Shown piece after piece: positions 28,018-38,201 of a stretch of DNA of 51,012 nucleotides. The stretch spans positions 11,153 through 62,164 of the forward strand of contig CAZFLA010000008.1 in assembly GCA_964519405.1 (NCBI GenBank), read 5' to 3'. The notes under the pieces are model-generated. The model was given only the letters and a program-made list of their open reading frames with translations. It did no database searches and was not told the DNA's origin. The position numbers and the translations under genes were made by a program. Every line of letters begins with the position of its first letter. Positions within the stretch are counted from its first letter, which is position 1. Source of the DNA: an uncultured bacterium (GTDB lineage Bacteria; Armatimonadota; HRBIN16).

Positions 28018-29958
28018 GTGATTATCTCCGTTAAATGCCGCTGGATATATATATGTCTAGCGGCAATTATTTTGCTTTCAACGTCTTACGTCAAAGCCGC
28101 AAATACTAGCCTGGAAATACGTCCGGAGCCGCCGAAACTGGTTGCAGACGGTAAAAGCACGGGTATCATACACATCACCGCGCGGGACTCAAGTGGGCGC
28201 CCGGTGCCGGATGGAACATCTGTGCAATTGACAGCAAGTTTAGGGCAGCTTAAAGATGCTTCTGTAGAGACCTCAAATGGTGTAGCCACCGTAGAGATTA
28301 CAAGCTCTGCAGTTAAAGGTAAAGCAACCATTACTGCCAGCATACCAGGACAAGCTATTGCAAGTACGCAAGTTGCATTTGTTGATGAATCTGAGGCTTA
28401 TATTGATATCCCCAAATACTTCTCAATGGATGGCGGCGGATATCTAGCTTACAGCAGTGATTACCGCATTGTAGAGGCGTTTAGTGAGAACGAAGCAGTG
28501 TTCTCCGGTGGGCAGGTTACAGTCCGAGCAAGCTCGTGGCAATACGATACTAGAGCCAACTCACTGGTTGCTCAGCAAGCGGTGCTTACGCGCAAGACGA
28601 AGTCATATAACTTCTATCGGCTTTACTACAACCCCATGAGTGATTCTGGAATCGGTGTATTGCAGAACGATGACGGAACATCGCAGACAGTGATGTTCGA
28701 GCAGGGCGAAATGAAGCAGCCCGAAACCCTCATTAGTCCTAACCTGTTTAATCTTCAGGATTTGTCAAACAGCCAGGTTCTTTTTACCATGAAAAAAGGG
28801 GTGCTGGTTCCTAATCAACGGGTTCAAATGTTTAAGGCGAAGATGTACGTGGCCGGCATGAAGGCCATGACTATACCTATGTATGATCTATCGCTGCAGA
28901 GCGATGAACCATTAGGGCAGTCATTCCTTGGTGCTTCCAGCAGTGGGTTAACGGTGGATCTCCCGTTGTATTATCAAATGAAGCCCGGCAGTGTGGGGGC
29001 AGTGCACATACGTCGTGGGCAAATATATAACAGCTCTGCAGACGGCGGGGAGAAGGTATGGTCTGTTGATGTCATACAGAAATACTCCGAATCTGGCAGA
29101 GCTAATGGGGAATACGGCATATATCGAGCGAACAGGGACGACTGGACGCTTCGATGGAACCATAGTGCAACCTACAATAAGTCTTCTACTGGTTACATGT
29201 ATCTTGAAACTCCGTCTAACAGCGCAGTATACGCAAATACCGGGTATAGCTATCGCAATAGCTCAGGGCGTTTAGGACTAAGCCTCAGCGGAAACAGCGA
29301 ATTCTCTGGTGATAAGGCGCGATCTGCACACGGACAAGTCTATTGGGAAACCAAATCGATGAACTTAAGCAAACAGCTCAGGTTTACTCTATCACCGTCA
29401 GTAAGCTCCGACTGGGTGGAGACTGAGAATGTCAGCAGGACTCAAACTCTATACGGTGCCACCGCGAGATTGTATGTGAACCCTGTGAATTTGCTGGGAT
29501 TTCGTTGGATGCCCACAGGCAGTATAGGCTATAAAGATGGTTATGAAAGACTGCGGGGTATTACTCAAGACGCAACAATAATGGCTATGCGCAATGTGGG
29601 TAATAACGGCGCATTAAGCTTGGTATATAACTACCACGATAGTCCACAGGTAAATAACACCAACAAACAGTTAGTTAGTGCTCAGTTAAGTATTATGCCC
29701 ACTCAGTGGATGAACTTAAGTGTTGGCGGCAGTAAATCTCTTGATATCACCAACGAATCTATAGTTGGTAGTTTAGCTTTCAAGCTTGGCAGTGCTGTGT
29801 TATTGGGGGCTGATTACTCCGGCAGTCGTTATATTGATGACCAGTATGAAGAACTAACTATGTGGTTGGGTTACAGGTTGGGGGTTCGTCAGCTTAATTT
29901 CAGTTGGAGCAATAAAACCAATGATTGGCGTTTTGATATTCTAAACAGCAGTTGGTAA
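28018..29958 (+). CDS. LptD/OstA-like outer-membrane beta-barrel protein with N-terminal bacterial Ig-like (Big_1-type) domain
   Basis: I chose the GTG at 28018, which gives the signal peptide IISVKCRWIYICLAAIILLSTSYVKA. The Ig-like block is LVADGKSTGIIHITARDSSGRPVPDGTSVQLTASLGQL...ATVEITSS. GQSFLGASSSGLTVDLPLYYQMKPG and TLRWNHSATY parallel the E. coli LptD blocks RRSGFLIP...FYLPYYWNIAPN and LFYWNHSGV. The C-terminal half is rich in Y/S/N/G and ends in ...ILNSSW (aromatic terminus). Confidence 0.55.
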   Translation: MIISVKCRWIYICLAAIILLSTSYVKAANTSLEIRPEPPKLVADGKSTGIIHITARDSSGRPVPDGTSVQLTASLGQLKDASVETSNGVATVEITSSAVKGKATITASIPGQAIASTQVAFVDESEAYIDIPKYFSMDGGGYLAYSSDYRIVEAFSENEAVFSGGQVTVRASSWQYDTRANSLVAQQAVLTRKTKSYNFYRLYYNPMSDSGIGVLQNDDGTSQTVMFEQGEMKQPETLISPNLFNLQDLSNSQVLFTMKKGVLVPNQRVQMFKAKMYVAGMKAMTIPMYDLSLQSDEPLGQSFLGASSSGLTVDLPLYYQMKPGSVGAVHIRRGQIYNSSADGGEKVWSVDVIQKYSESGRANGEYGIYRANRDDWTLRWNHSATYNKSSTGYMYLETPSNSAVYANTGYSYRNSSGRLGLSLSGNSEFSGDKARSAHGQVYWETKSMNLSKQLRFTLSPSVSSDWVETENVSRTQTLYGATARLYVNPVNLLGFRWMPTGSIGYKDGYERLRGITQDATIMAMRNVGNNGALSLVYNYHDSPQVNNTNKQLVSAQLSIMPTQWMNLSVGGSKSLDITNESIVGSLAFKLGSAVLLGADYSGSRYIDDQYEELTMWLGYRLGVRQLNFSWSNKTNDWRFDILNSSW

Positions 29959-29971
29959 ATGAAATCCACTA

Positions 29972-30014
29972 AATGCCATCGGAGGCTGCATGCGCATCTC
30001 TCCGATGGCATTTT
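29972..30014 (+). terminator. Rho-independent terminator between convergent genes
   Basis: 13-bp stem aatgccatcggag / ctccgatggcatt followed by ttg. Confidence 0.65.
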
Positions 30015-30023
30015 GCTGCATAT

Positions 30024-31514
30024 CTATACCCCTCGCGAACTCCTGACTTCAAGGGCACGCTGATATAGCTCGACGTAGTGTTCAGCAGGGCGAAGCCATC
30101 CGAAATCACTATTGAGTGCTGTGTTGACTAGATACTTCCACACGTTAGGATCATCCGCATACGCGCCAATGGCTCTGCGGAGGGTGGCGTCGAGTTCCTC
30201 AACCGTAGGAGTAGAGAATGTAAATCCGTTACCGATGCGTGAGTTTGGTGAATAGTTAATGATGGTATCTGCCAAGCCGCCGGTTGCCCGCACGACAGGT
30301 ATTGTGCCATATCGCAGAGCCATCAACTGACCCAACCCGCATGGCTCAAATCGGCTGGGCATTAAGAATATGTCACTGCCTGCATAGATGCGGTGAGCCA
30401 TTGATTCGTCGAACCTAATAAGCGCCTTCATCTGCGCCGGCATTCGCCGTTCCAGCGACATCAGGTAGTCGCGGAAGTGCTCATCGCCTGTACCTAGCGC
30501 TATGAACTGAGCACCCGTTTCCCGCATAATGGGTTCGATGACAGCTTCTATCAGATCGAGCCCTTTTTGCTCGGCTAACCTGCTGACCATACCGATCAGC
30601 GGAACATCACGACGAGGGGCCAAACCGCATTCGCGTTGAAGTGCCTCTTTACATATCAATTTTCCAGAAGCATCATCTGCACTGAAGCGAGCTGGAATGT
30701 GGCTGTCGGTTTCGGGGTTATATACATCAGTATCGATGCCATTGACTATACCGAACAGACGATGCTGATTCTTCAAACAGGCGAGTACCCCATCAAGACC
30801 ACTGCCATACTGGGGGGTGAGTATCTCTTTGGCGTAGGTCTCGCTTACGGTATTCACCACATCGGAGCCTGTTAAGCCAGCTTTCAGGAAATTCATCTGA
30901 CCGTAGAACTCCAGGCCGTCTATACTCCATGAACTCATCGGCAGACCAGTCGCCAGGAATGTATCCCATCCAAAGTGTCCTTGGTAGGCTAAATTGTGAA
31001 CGGTGTAGACAGTTGCTGTGTTGCTTAGTTGTGGTTTTGTGCATCGAAGCTGTTCAAGATAATAGGGCAGTAAGCCTGTATGCCAGTCGTTGATATGGAT
31101 GATGTCAGGTGACCAGTCGATGACATCAGGTAGCTCCAGAGCTGCGCGATCGAAGAAGATATATGCCAGAGGGTCTGCTGTGTATATTTTCGTGCTGTCG
31201 ATAGCATCTGTGAAATACTTGTAATGTCCCAGTGTATATACTGGTGTACCGTCGGTTAAGTGTGTGAGGCTGAAATGAGCATGAGTATGCCAGTTGTCGT
31301 TGATTGTCACGGCAACTCGGTTTTTTACAGTATGTGATACGATGTTTGGATCGGCCTCATTCATGCTGTACGAAGGCATCAATATCCGAACATCGTGTCC
31401 CATGGCGCGCAAAGCCTTAGGAAGAGCTCCTGCCACATCGGCAAGACCGCCAACTTTAGCAAATGGAGCCACTTCAACAGATACGAAGAGTATTTTAAGG
31501 GGTGTCATAATCAA
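30024..31514 (-). CDS. glgA: Glycogen (starch) synthase
   Basis: K-x-G-G-L motif (FAKVGGLADVAGALPKAL) at the N-terminus. 496 aa with a GT5-type layout. Confidence 0.9.
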   Translation of the reverse strand: MIMTPLKILFVSVEVAPFAKVGGLADVAGALPKALRAMGHDVRILMPSYSMNEADPNIVSHTVKNRVAVTINDNWHTHAHFSLTHLTDGTPVYTLGHYKYFTDAIDSTKIYTADPLAYIFFDRAALELPDVIDWSPDIIHINDWHTGLLPYYLEQLRCTKPQLSNTATVYTVHNLAYQGHFGWDTFLATGLPMSSWSIDGLEFYGQMNFLKAGLTGSDVVNTVSETYAKEILTPQYGSGLDGVLACLKNQHRLFGIVNGIDTDVYNPETDSHIPARFSADDASGKLICKEALQRECGLAPRRDVPLIGMVSRLAEQKGLDLIEAVIEPIMRETGAQFIALGTGDEHFRDYLMSLERRMPAQMKALIRFDESMAHRIYAGSDIFLMPSRFEPCGLGQLMALRYGTIPVVRATGGLADTIINYSPNSRIGNGFTFSTPTVEELDATLRRAIGAYADDPNVWKYLVNTALNSDFGWLRPAEHYVELYQRALEVRSSRGV

Positions 31515-31689
31515 CCCTGCCTTTCATGGTCACCAACACTGATATTTTACCTGTTTCAGCCCAAATATTTGCACAGACAACGATTATACAGAGCGATTAT
31601 CGGTGACTTGGCTACACAAGTGATACTTGCAAAGAAGGTGTAATAATGCTACAATGCCGGCGTATCCTTATTATTTTATGGAGGCTGAT

Positions 31690-33615
31690 ATGAATTATGT
31701 AGTAGCCTTGGGGTTGTTGATACTGGCGGCTGTGGCACAGGCTGCACCCACTCAGGTTTCCCTAAGTAGTCTGCAAATTGATAGGATCGAGCAAGGTTTC
31801 GGTTCGCCGCGTGCTGATCTATCAGTGGATGGTAATCCGATTTCCATAGGCGGTGTAGTCTATAACCATGGTTTAGGATCTCACGCCAATGCCTTGTTTG
31901 CAGTGAAGCTGGATGGTAAAGCAGAACGCTTTACAGCAGCTGTTGGTATGGACGACGAAAAAGCCGGCGCAGGTCACGCAAAGTTTTCGGTATGGACAGG
32001 GAAGAAGCTGCTTGCTGAGTCGCCAATGATGTATGGAAAACAGAAAGCTCATACGTTTGATATCGATGTTCGCAATTTGGATATTATTATTTTAAAAGTT
32101 GAAACAGATAACATCGATTCAGCACATGCAGACTGGGCAGACGCATACATCACGATGGCCGACGGCTCTGCAAAGCCGGAAATCATCGCGATGCCTGCTG
32201 ATCGTTCTGTGCCGGAAGTTGCCCATATTAAACCGGGTATTCCGAAGATTAACGGAGCTTCAGTGATCGGCTGCACTCCAGGTTATGATTTTGTCTATCG
32301 ACTGCCGATTAGTGCCGCATGCCCTGTGACTGTAACCGCCAAAGGTCTGCCTGAGGGTTTGGTTCTTGATGGGAAGACAGGTATTATCCGCGGAAAAGTT
32401 AAGTCCGCTGGCGAATATAATGTCACATTCCGCGTTGGCGGCAGCCTAGGCGGGGATCGCCGTGTGATTAAGATCGTTGCTGGGACGCACAAGCTTGCTT
32501 TAACCCCTCCTATGGGATGGAACAGTTGGAACTGTTGGGCTAGTGCCATTGACGATGCCAAAGTTCGCGCCGCTGCTGATGAGTTCATCAAGAGCGGACT
32601 AGCTGCTCATGGTTATCAGTTCATCAATATTGATGACTGCTGGCAGGCTGGGCGAGATGCTAATGGCAATATCGTGGCAAATGAGAAATTCCCTGATATG
32701 GCTAAGTTGGCTGAATATGTGCATAGTAAGGGCTTGAAGATCGGCACCTACTCCTCACCTGGTCCATACACCTGCGGTGGTTATACCGGCACATATCAGC
32801 ACGAGGACCAAGATGCTATGTCTTGGGCGGCATGGGGATTTGACTACATCAAGTATGACTGGTGCAGCTATGGTTCAATCGCCAAACCAGGTCTTGCTGA
32901 GATGATTAAGCCTTATCGCTTGATGCGCAAAAGCCTCGACAAAGCTCCTCGCGATATCGTGTATTCATATTGCCAGTATGGCATGGGAGAACCATGGAAG
33001 TGGGGACCACGCGAAGGGGGCAACCTCTGGCGCACCACAGGTGACATCACCGATACATGGAATTCCATGATCTCCAACTCGCTGTGGCAGACCAACATCG
33101 CTGAGTACTCGTCACCAGGTCATTGGAACGACCCAGATATGCTGGTTCTGGGATATGTGGGATGGGGACCATCTCTGCATCCAACGCGCCTCACACCGCA
33201 TGAGCAGATGACTCACATGTCGCTGTGGTGCATTCAAGCATCACCACTGCTCATCGGCTGCGACCTGACCAGAATGGATCAGTATACGCTTGACCTGCTA
33301 ACCAATGATGAAGTGTTGGCTGTGAACCAGGATCCACTGGGTAAAGGCGGCAAAGTGGTTCTGAAGCGCGACGATGTTCAGGTGTGGGCTAAACCTTTGG
33401 CTGATGGCTCAACAGCGCTCGCTGTGGTCAACCTGAACTGGACTGCTCAAAACTTCAAGTTTACATTGAAGGAATGCGGCTTGGTCGATGGTATGTCTGC
33501 ACGCGATCTGTGGAAACAGAAACCGGCGGGCAACCAGTTAAAGTCTATGACCGTAAAACTTGGCGGGCATGGTTCTGCTATGTATAAGCTGACGGCGCCG
33601 AAGAAAGTTAAGTAG
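31690..33615 (+). CDS. Secreted alpha-galactosidase (GH27) with N-terminal NPCBM carbohydrate-binding domain
   Basis: ATG at 31690, preceded by GGAGG. Signal peptide MNYVVALGLLILAAVAQA. NPCBM-like block GLGSHANALFAVKLDGKAERFTAAVGMDDE. GH27 blocks PPMGWNSWNCW and YIKYDWC. Confidence 0.85.
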   Translation: MNYVVALGLLILAAVAQAAPTQVSLSSLQIDRIEQGFGSPRADLSVDGNPISIGGVVYNHGLGSHANALFAVKLDGKAERFTAAVGMDDEKAGAGHAKFSVWTGKKLLAESPMMYGKQKAHTFDIDVRNLDIIILKVETDNIDSAHADWADAYITMADGSAKPEIIAMPADRSVPEVAHIKPGIPKINGASVIGCTPGYDFVYRLPISAACPVTVTAKGLPEGLVLDGKTGIIRGKVKSAGEYNVTFRVGGSLGGDRRVIKIVAGTHKLALTPPMGWNSWNCWASAIDDAKVRAAADEFIKSGLAAHGYQFINIDDCWQAGRDANGNIVANEKFPDMAKLAEYVHSKGLKIGTYSSPGPYTCGGYTGTYQHEDQDAMSWAAWGFDYIKYDWCSYGSIAKPGLAEMIKPYRLMRKSLDKAPRDIVYSYCQYGMGEPWKWGPREGGNLWRTTGDITDTWNSMISNSLWQTNIAEYSSPGHWNDPDMLVLGYVGWGPSLHPTRLTPHEQMTHMSLWCIQASPLLIGCDLTRMDQYTLDLLTNDEVLAVNQDPLGKGGKVVLKRDDVQVWAKPLADGSTALAVVNLNWTAQNFKFTLKECGLVDGMSARDLWKQKPAGNQLKSMTVKLGGHGSAMYKLTAPKKVK

Positions 33616-33630
33616 GCGCAATCAACTACA

Positions 33631-33661
33631 GGGGGCAGCCATTCGTGGCTGCCCCTTTTTT
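33631..33661 (+). terminator. Rho-independent terminator after the alpha-galactosidase gene
   Basis: Stem gggggcagcc / ggctgccccc with loop attcgt, followed by tttttttg. Confidence 0.8.
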
Positions 33662-33725
33662 GCGATATAGGGGGCTACCATATGGGGCATTACAGCTATA
33701 AGGGGCAACCACAGTGGGTTGCATG

Positions 33726-34787
33726 CTACGCTTTGGCGATCATCTCCCGCAGGCGGTCGTGAATGCGCTTCGCGTCCTCCACACTTCCTGCGCCTTGGTT
33801 GAACAGATAGCGTGTGCCAGGCAGGGCCATATCCAGCAGGTTTCGCACTAGCGCTTCGTCCGTCCAAAGCATCAGCACCGCCTTGTTTTCAAAAGCCTCC
33901 ACGGCGGGCTTCGCACCTGGTGACTGGAACATGCGGTTTATTGCACGCAAGTTCTTCAAGCGGGTGAAGTTGTCATACTGGTGGTCGGCTGTGGCGCAGC
34001 AGTGGATAAACAAACCGCCAAACCGCTCGCTGAGCTTGTTTAGGCTGGGAGCCGCAAACTGCTTAAACATGGCTGTTGAGATGCTGCCAACCTCATCTTC
34101 CGATAAGCAAATGCCCATGTTGTCGGGAATCCAAACATATGGCACGTGACTTAGGCAGCCAGTGGGATACAGCCGTAGGAACTCGGCTGTGAACATCTCT
34201 ACCAATCGGCAGCACTTGTCGATGAGCCTGCTGACCGCCTCGGGTTCATCATACATGGCTGTGAACAACTCTTCTTTTCGCCATATCAACGCGGCGATGT
34301 CTAGTGGGCTCTGCACATCGGGCACAGCGATGATAGCGTCTTTACCTAGCCTCCGCTGCAGTGCGGCTGCCATTTCAAACACCCTGTCTATGCAGCGTGA
34401 GTTTAGTGATGGCTCGGGCAGGGCATCGGCTTGAGCTGCCGACATGACCAACGGTATCGCGCAGGGGATGTTGTTGCCATATACATGCACCTCGCAGCCG
34501 TAGGCATCGGCAAACAGCTGCGTGCCTGAAACAAGGCTGGCGATAGGCACGCTGTCGTCGCCGGTTTGCTCGTGCCAGCTCATGCGTTGCTCATAGAGCC
34601 TAACCATCTGAGGCACCCAGTCGGCAATTGGCCTGGCTGATGTGGTGAAGTCACCATCTGACCAGTCTACATTGCCGTAACCCGCATCCATGATGACGCC
34701 ATGCCGTTCGAATTTGCCCGTAAACAAGTTCGTGAGGAACTGTTTATTCGCCGTAATTCGGTTGCTCATGAAGCTCACCCCGCTCAA
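33726..34787 (-). CDS. Uroporphyrinogen-decarboxylase-like (URO-D superfamily) protein, function unknown
   Basis: The 353-aa ORF is coding-like. The DEVGSIS..F..F..P....L......LFIHCCA pattern resembles URO-D/MtaA-like TIM barrels. This is a weak assignment made by eye only. Confidence 0.4.
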   Translation of the reverse strand: MSGVSFMSNRITANKQFLTNLFTGKFERHGVIMDAGYGNVDWSDGDFTTSARPIADWVPQMVRLYEQRMSWHEQTGDDSVPIASLVSGTQLFADAYGCEVHVYGNNIPCAIPLVMSAAQADALPEPSLNSRCIDRVFEMAAALQRRLGKDAIIAVPDVQSPLDIAALIWRKEELFTAMYDEPEAVSRLIDKCCRLVEMFTAEFLRLYPTGCLSHVPYVWIPDNMGICLSEDEVGSISTAMFKQFAAPSLNKLSERFGGLFIHCCATADHQYDNFTRLKNLRAINRMFQSPGAKPAVEAFENKAVLMLWTDEALVRNLLDMALPGTRYLFNQGAGSVEDAKRIHDRLREMIAKA

Positions 34788-34995
34788 TGTGGAGGATGAT
34801 TAACCAAACCCATATGGGTATGTTACATGAACTGTATCAGCTGTGAGTTTGTTTGTCAAAACCCAACTGCGGACAATTGCGTGATCGTAGGGGAGTGTTC
34901 TCAAGATGCACTGAGGGGGCACTCACTAACAGGATTTTGCTGTGAACACGGTGAATAACTGCATCATATCATCACCTCTTGTTTGGGAGGCATCC

Positions 34996-36954
34996 ATGAG
35001 CGCACCACCACCAGAAACCGCATCGAACACCGTAGTGCCGAAAGTGAGGCTGGGTGCGATCATCTTGTCTCTATTGTTAGTTCCCCTCAATAGTTACTGG
35101 ATTGTTCGCAGCGAGGCGATGGATTATAGTGGATTCCCCACCATTATATCGTTGTTTTACAATGTGATTTTCAGTCTCATGGTCATTGGCTTGGTTAATG
35201 CGGTTGTCAGGCGTCTGCGGCCAAATCTGGCTCTGAACCAGTGGGAGCTTCTTGTGGTGTATGCCATGGTTGCTACTGGAAGCAGCTTTGCAGGGCATGA
35301 CTATCTGCAGATGCTGGTGCCTAGCATGGCGCACCACACAGTATTCGGCACTCCGTTTAACCATTGGCACGAACAAGTGGCCCGTTATTTGCCCGATTGG
35401 ATGGCTATTAACCACGACAGCGAAGCGGTGAGGGCGTTCGAACGCGGGCACTCCACGCTATACACATGGGCGCACATCCGCATATGGATCATCCCGATGA
35501 GTGCTTGGGGCGTATTCCTGATGTGCACAGCCATGGCCACACTGAGTATTTGTGTCTTGCTAAGGCGTCAGTGGATAGAAAATGAGAAGCTGAGTTACCC
35601 TGTCGTGCAAATCCCGTTGCTCATCACCGAACAGGGGGGTGCCGGTTGGATCTTCAAATCTAAGCTGTTTTGGGTGGGGTTTACCATAGCTGCCTATTTG
35701 GATATTCATAATGGCTTAGCCGCGCTATTTCCAACGATTCCTCCGATACCAGTTAAGCAGCAGGATATCGGCTCGTGGGTCACCCTGTCATCGCCATGGA
35801 ATGCCATCATGCCCACCAATATCAGCTTCTATCCGTTTGCTGTTGGACTGAGCTACTTCATGCCGACCAATCTCTCATTTTCATGCTGGTTTTTCTTTTG
35901 GCTTCGTAAACTTCAGCAAGTCGCCTGCAGTGCTTTGGGTTGGAGCGGTCAAGACCCCAACATGCCTTACGTAAAAGAGCAGTCGTTTGGAGCGTTGATG
36001 GTGATCATACTCGCCTCGTTATGGGTAAGCCGAGGATACCTTAAGACCGTATGGACGACTGCATGGTATCAAGCCAGTCACCGAGGCGCTGAATCACACG
36101 AATACCGTAATGCGATGGTGCTGTTAGTGGCCAGCATGGCGGGAATGGTGCTATTTCTCGTTCTTGCGGGTATGAGTATCTGGGTTGCAGCACTGTATGT
36201 GCTGTTGTATATTTTGCTCTGTACATCGATAAGCCGCATCCGAGCCGAATTAGGCCCGCCAGCGCACGAGTTTGGCAGTATGGGCTGCTCTGGCATGATG
36301 GTGTATAGTTTTGGGACAACCATCTTGGGGCCTCAAAACTTAACGATTTTAGGGATATTGTGGTTCCAAAACCGAATGTACCGCGGTCTATTGATGCCTC
36401 AGCAAGCCGAATGCTTGAAAGCCGCGCAAGCATCGGGAATGAAGCCGCGTTACATGGTTGGCGTTCTTGCTGCGGCGTCATTTGTGGGGCTCATCGCGGG
36501 GTACTGGGCGCTGCTGCACCATAGCTACGCACGCATACTGCCCGCATATGTGCATCCAGGTGCGCCAGGCAGTGCCTTTGCGGCTGAATACCTAACAATA
36601 CTCAGCAGTTGGCTGGGCACTCCGTTTGAGCCGAAGGTCGCCAACATCACGGCGATTGGTGCAGGGGCGGCGATCACTGCTTTATTAACTAAACTCAGCA
36701 TGCTTTGGTATGGCAACCCGTTTCATCCAGCAGGATACGCACTAGGTATGGCTTTTGGGTTGGACTACATCTGGTGTCCGATATTAATAAGCTGGCTGCT
36801 AAAGAGCATTATCTTGCGTGTGTATGGGCTTAAAGGCTACCGATATGCCATGCCGTTCTTTGTGGGGCTCGTGTTGGGCGAGTTCGCGGTTGGCGGTCTG
36901 TGGAGCTGCATTCGCGGCTTAACGGGAATACCAACATATTCGTTCTACTTATAG
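34996..36954 (+). CDS. Large polytopic integral membrane protein (at least 12 predicted helices), function unknown
   Basis: ATG at 34996, 5 nt after GGGAGG. Long runs of hydrophobic segments occur throughout (for example IILSLLLVPLNSYWIV and MVLFLVLAGMSIWVAALYVLLYILL). No catalytic motif was recognised. Confidence 0.7.
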   Translation: MSAPPPETASNTVVPKVRLGAIILSLLLVPLNSYWIVRSEAMDYSGFPTIISLFYNVIFSLMVIGLVNAVVRRLRPNLALNQWELLVVYAMVATGSSFAGHDYLQMLVPSMAHHTVFGTPFNHWHEQVARYLPDWMAINHDSEAVRAFERGHSTLYTWAHIRIWIIPMSAWGVFLMCTAMATLSICVLLRRQWIENEKLSYPVVQIPLLITEQGGAGWIFKSKLFWVGFTIAAYLDIHNGLAALFPTIPPIPVKQQDIGSWVTLSSPWNAIMPTNISFYPFAVGLSYFMPTNLSFSCWFFFWLRKLQQVACSALGWSGQDPNMPYVKEQSFGALMVIILASLWVSRGYLKTVWTTAWYQASHRGAESHEYRNAMVLLVASMAGMVLFLVLAGMSIWVAALYVLLYILLCTSISRIRAELGPPAHEFGSMGCSGMMVYSFGTTILGPQNLTILGILWFQNRMYRGLLMPQQAECLKAAQASGMKPRYMVGVLAAASFVGLIAGYWALLHHSYARILPAYVHPGAPGSAFAAEYLTILSSWLGTPFEPKVANITAIGAGAAITALLTKLSMLWYGNPFHPAGYALGMAFGLDYIWCPILISWLLKSIILRVYGLKGYRYAMPFFVGLVLGEFAVGGLWSCIRGLTGIPTYSFYL

Positions 36955-37389
36955 GCAGCTATACTGACGACCATGATGGCCCAATGTATACAGCCGTATG
37001 ACGGAATACACAGTAAAAATACCAGTTTTTAGGGATTAATTTCTGTACGAATCCATACGTTAATGCTAGGTTAATGCACATAATCTGCTACATAACTCCG
37101 TGAAACATACGGGCTGTTGTGCTTGGCAGTGGACGAACATGTAGCAATTTTGTTTCTGGTGAGACTATCACGTCGAAATCTGTGCACATTGCACGGATCT
37201 GATCGCTCTGGCATACTGATTTTACGCGGAAGCGAAGGTGCCTCAGAAACGCCCGAGGTGCATCACTTCCTGATTTAATGCAGTACAAGCCTTCAAGCAT
37301 CGCTTATGTAAGCGATGGGCAAATCTACCCGTCAATCACGTTGATGTTGATTTAGCCACTTATTGTATTATCTCGAGAGAGGCCTATGC

Positions 37390-37587
37390 ATGACACTAGA
37401 GAGTTCGACTACATTCCGCGAAGGAATGTCTGATTCCAAAAATCTAGCCGATTGGCTGATGAGTTTAATGGCGAAGTCGTTAAAGAGCGGCGACAGTATG
37501 TTGCTGCATCGCGAAGATGGCGACAAGCCCGTAGACGTCACCCGTGTGGGTGTGTTAGAAGATAAGGCCGAACTAAGCCTGAATTAG
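37390..37587 (+). CDS. Small hypothetical protein (65 aa)
   Basis: ATG lies 7 nt after GAGAGAGG, and the ORF is followed by a hairpin terminator. No similarity was recognised. Confidence 0.35.
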   Translation: MTLESSTTFREGMSDSKNLADWLMSLMAKSLKSGDSMLLHREDGDKPVDVTRVGVLEDKAELSLN

Positions 37588-37610
37588 TTCATAGTGAAGA
37601 GTTGTTGGAA

Positions 37611-37648
37611 GGCCCTCGTAGTTATTGCGAGGGCCCTACGAGTTTTTA
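37611..37648 (+). terminator. Hairpin terminator after the small ORF
   Basis: Stem ggccctcg / cgagggcc with an 8-9 nt loop. A tract agttttta follows a few nt downstream. Confidence 0.45.
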
Positions 37649-37881
37649 GGTGAGTACCGATGCCATTCATTTGGCTTTAGCTGAGGTTTGATGTCTGGCT
37701 GTTTTACCGTGTTATTTGTTCCATGATGCCCTAAATCGGCTTGTGGATGCGTTGATGGGGAAAATATACCGTAGACCAACTTAGGAGCCGTGAAGAGTGG
37801 TTTTTGGTGGCCGCAGGGTGTGGCTTCGGTGGGTTATTCGCCGTGAGTTTGCATGTTGAGCCCAATCAAAATGGCTATGAT

Positions 37882-37910
37882 GCCGCGGGTTTAATCACCA
37901 ACACGACCAC
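37882..37910. repeat. Short dispersed motif gccgcgggttta(a/g)tcacc(a/c)acacga, copy 1 of 4
   Basis: The same 25-nt motif, in the same orientation, recurs at 38202, 42669 and 42862. Confidence 0.8.
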
Positions 37911-37915
37911 AATAG

Positions 37916-38182
37916 CTCGTACCAGAATCTGCCCGATGATACCCATTCGCGTATATTCGCGTTTATCCGCGGTTTGGATTCCAAGAACACTAACGCAGAT
38001 GACACAAATGAACGCTAATGAACGCAGATATTCTGCAGCCCATCTTCTGGGACTTAATGTCCATAGCTCCGCTCATGCTGGGTCGCAACAAAATCTGCCC
38101 GATGATACCCATTCGCATATAATCGCGTTCATCCGCGGTTTGGTTTCCTACGAACACTAACACAGATGACACAAATGAACCC
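37916..38182. repeat. 167-bp tandem element, locus 1 (1.6 units)
   Basis: The units start at ctcgtaccagaat (37916) and gtcgcaacaaaat (38082). The element ends at ...gatgacacaaatgaacc, the same unit position as at locus 2. It is clearly homologous to 43087-43852. Confidence 0.85.
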
Positions 38183-38201
38183 ACGTCAAAAAAGCTATGA
38201 A

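Noticed and set aside
33622-33867. 81-aa minus-strand ORF overlapping the URO-D-like gene end and the terminator region
   Set aside because: It runs through two terminator hairpins, overlaps a longer coding-like ORF in another frame, and has Arg/Pro/Ala-rich shadow composition.
36955-37362. 70-aa minus ORF (37088-37300) and the hairpin at 37298-37317, considered as a gene plus regulatory element
   Set aside because: There is no SD, no recognisable domain and a Cys/Arg-rich composition. The hairpin has no U tract on either strand. The evidence is insufficient.
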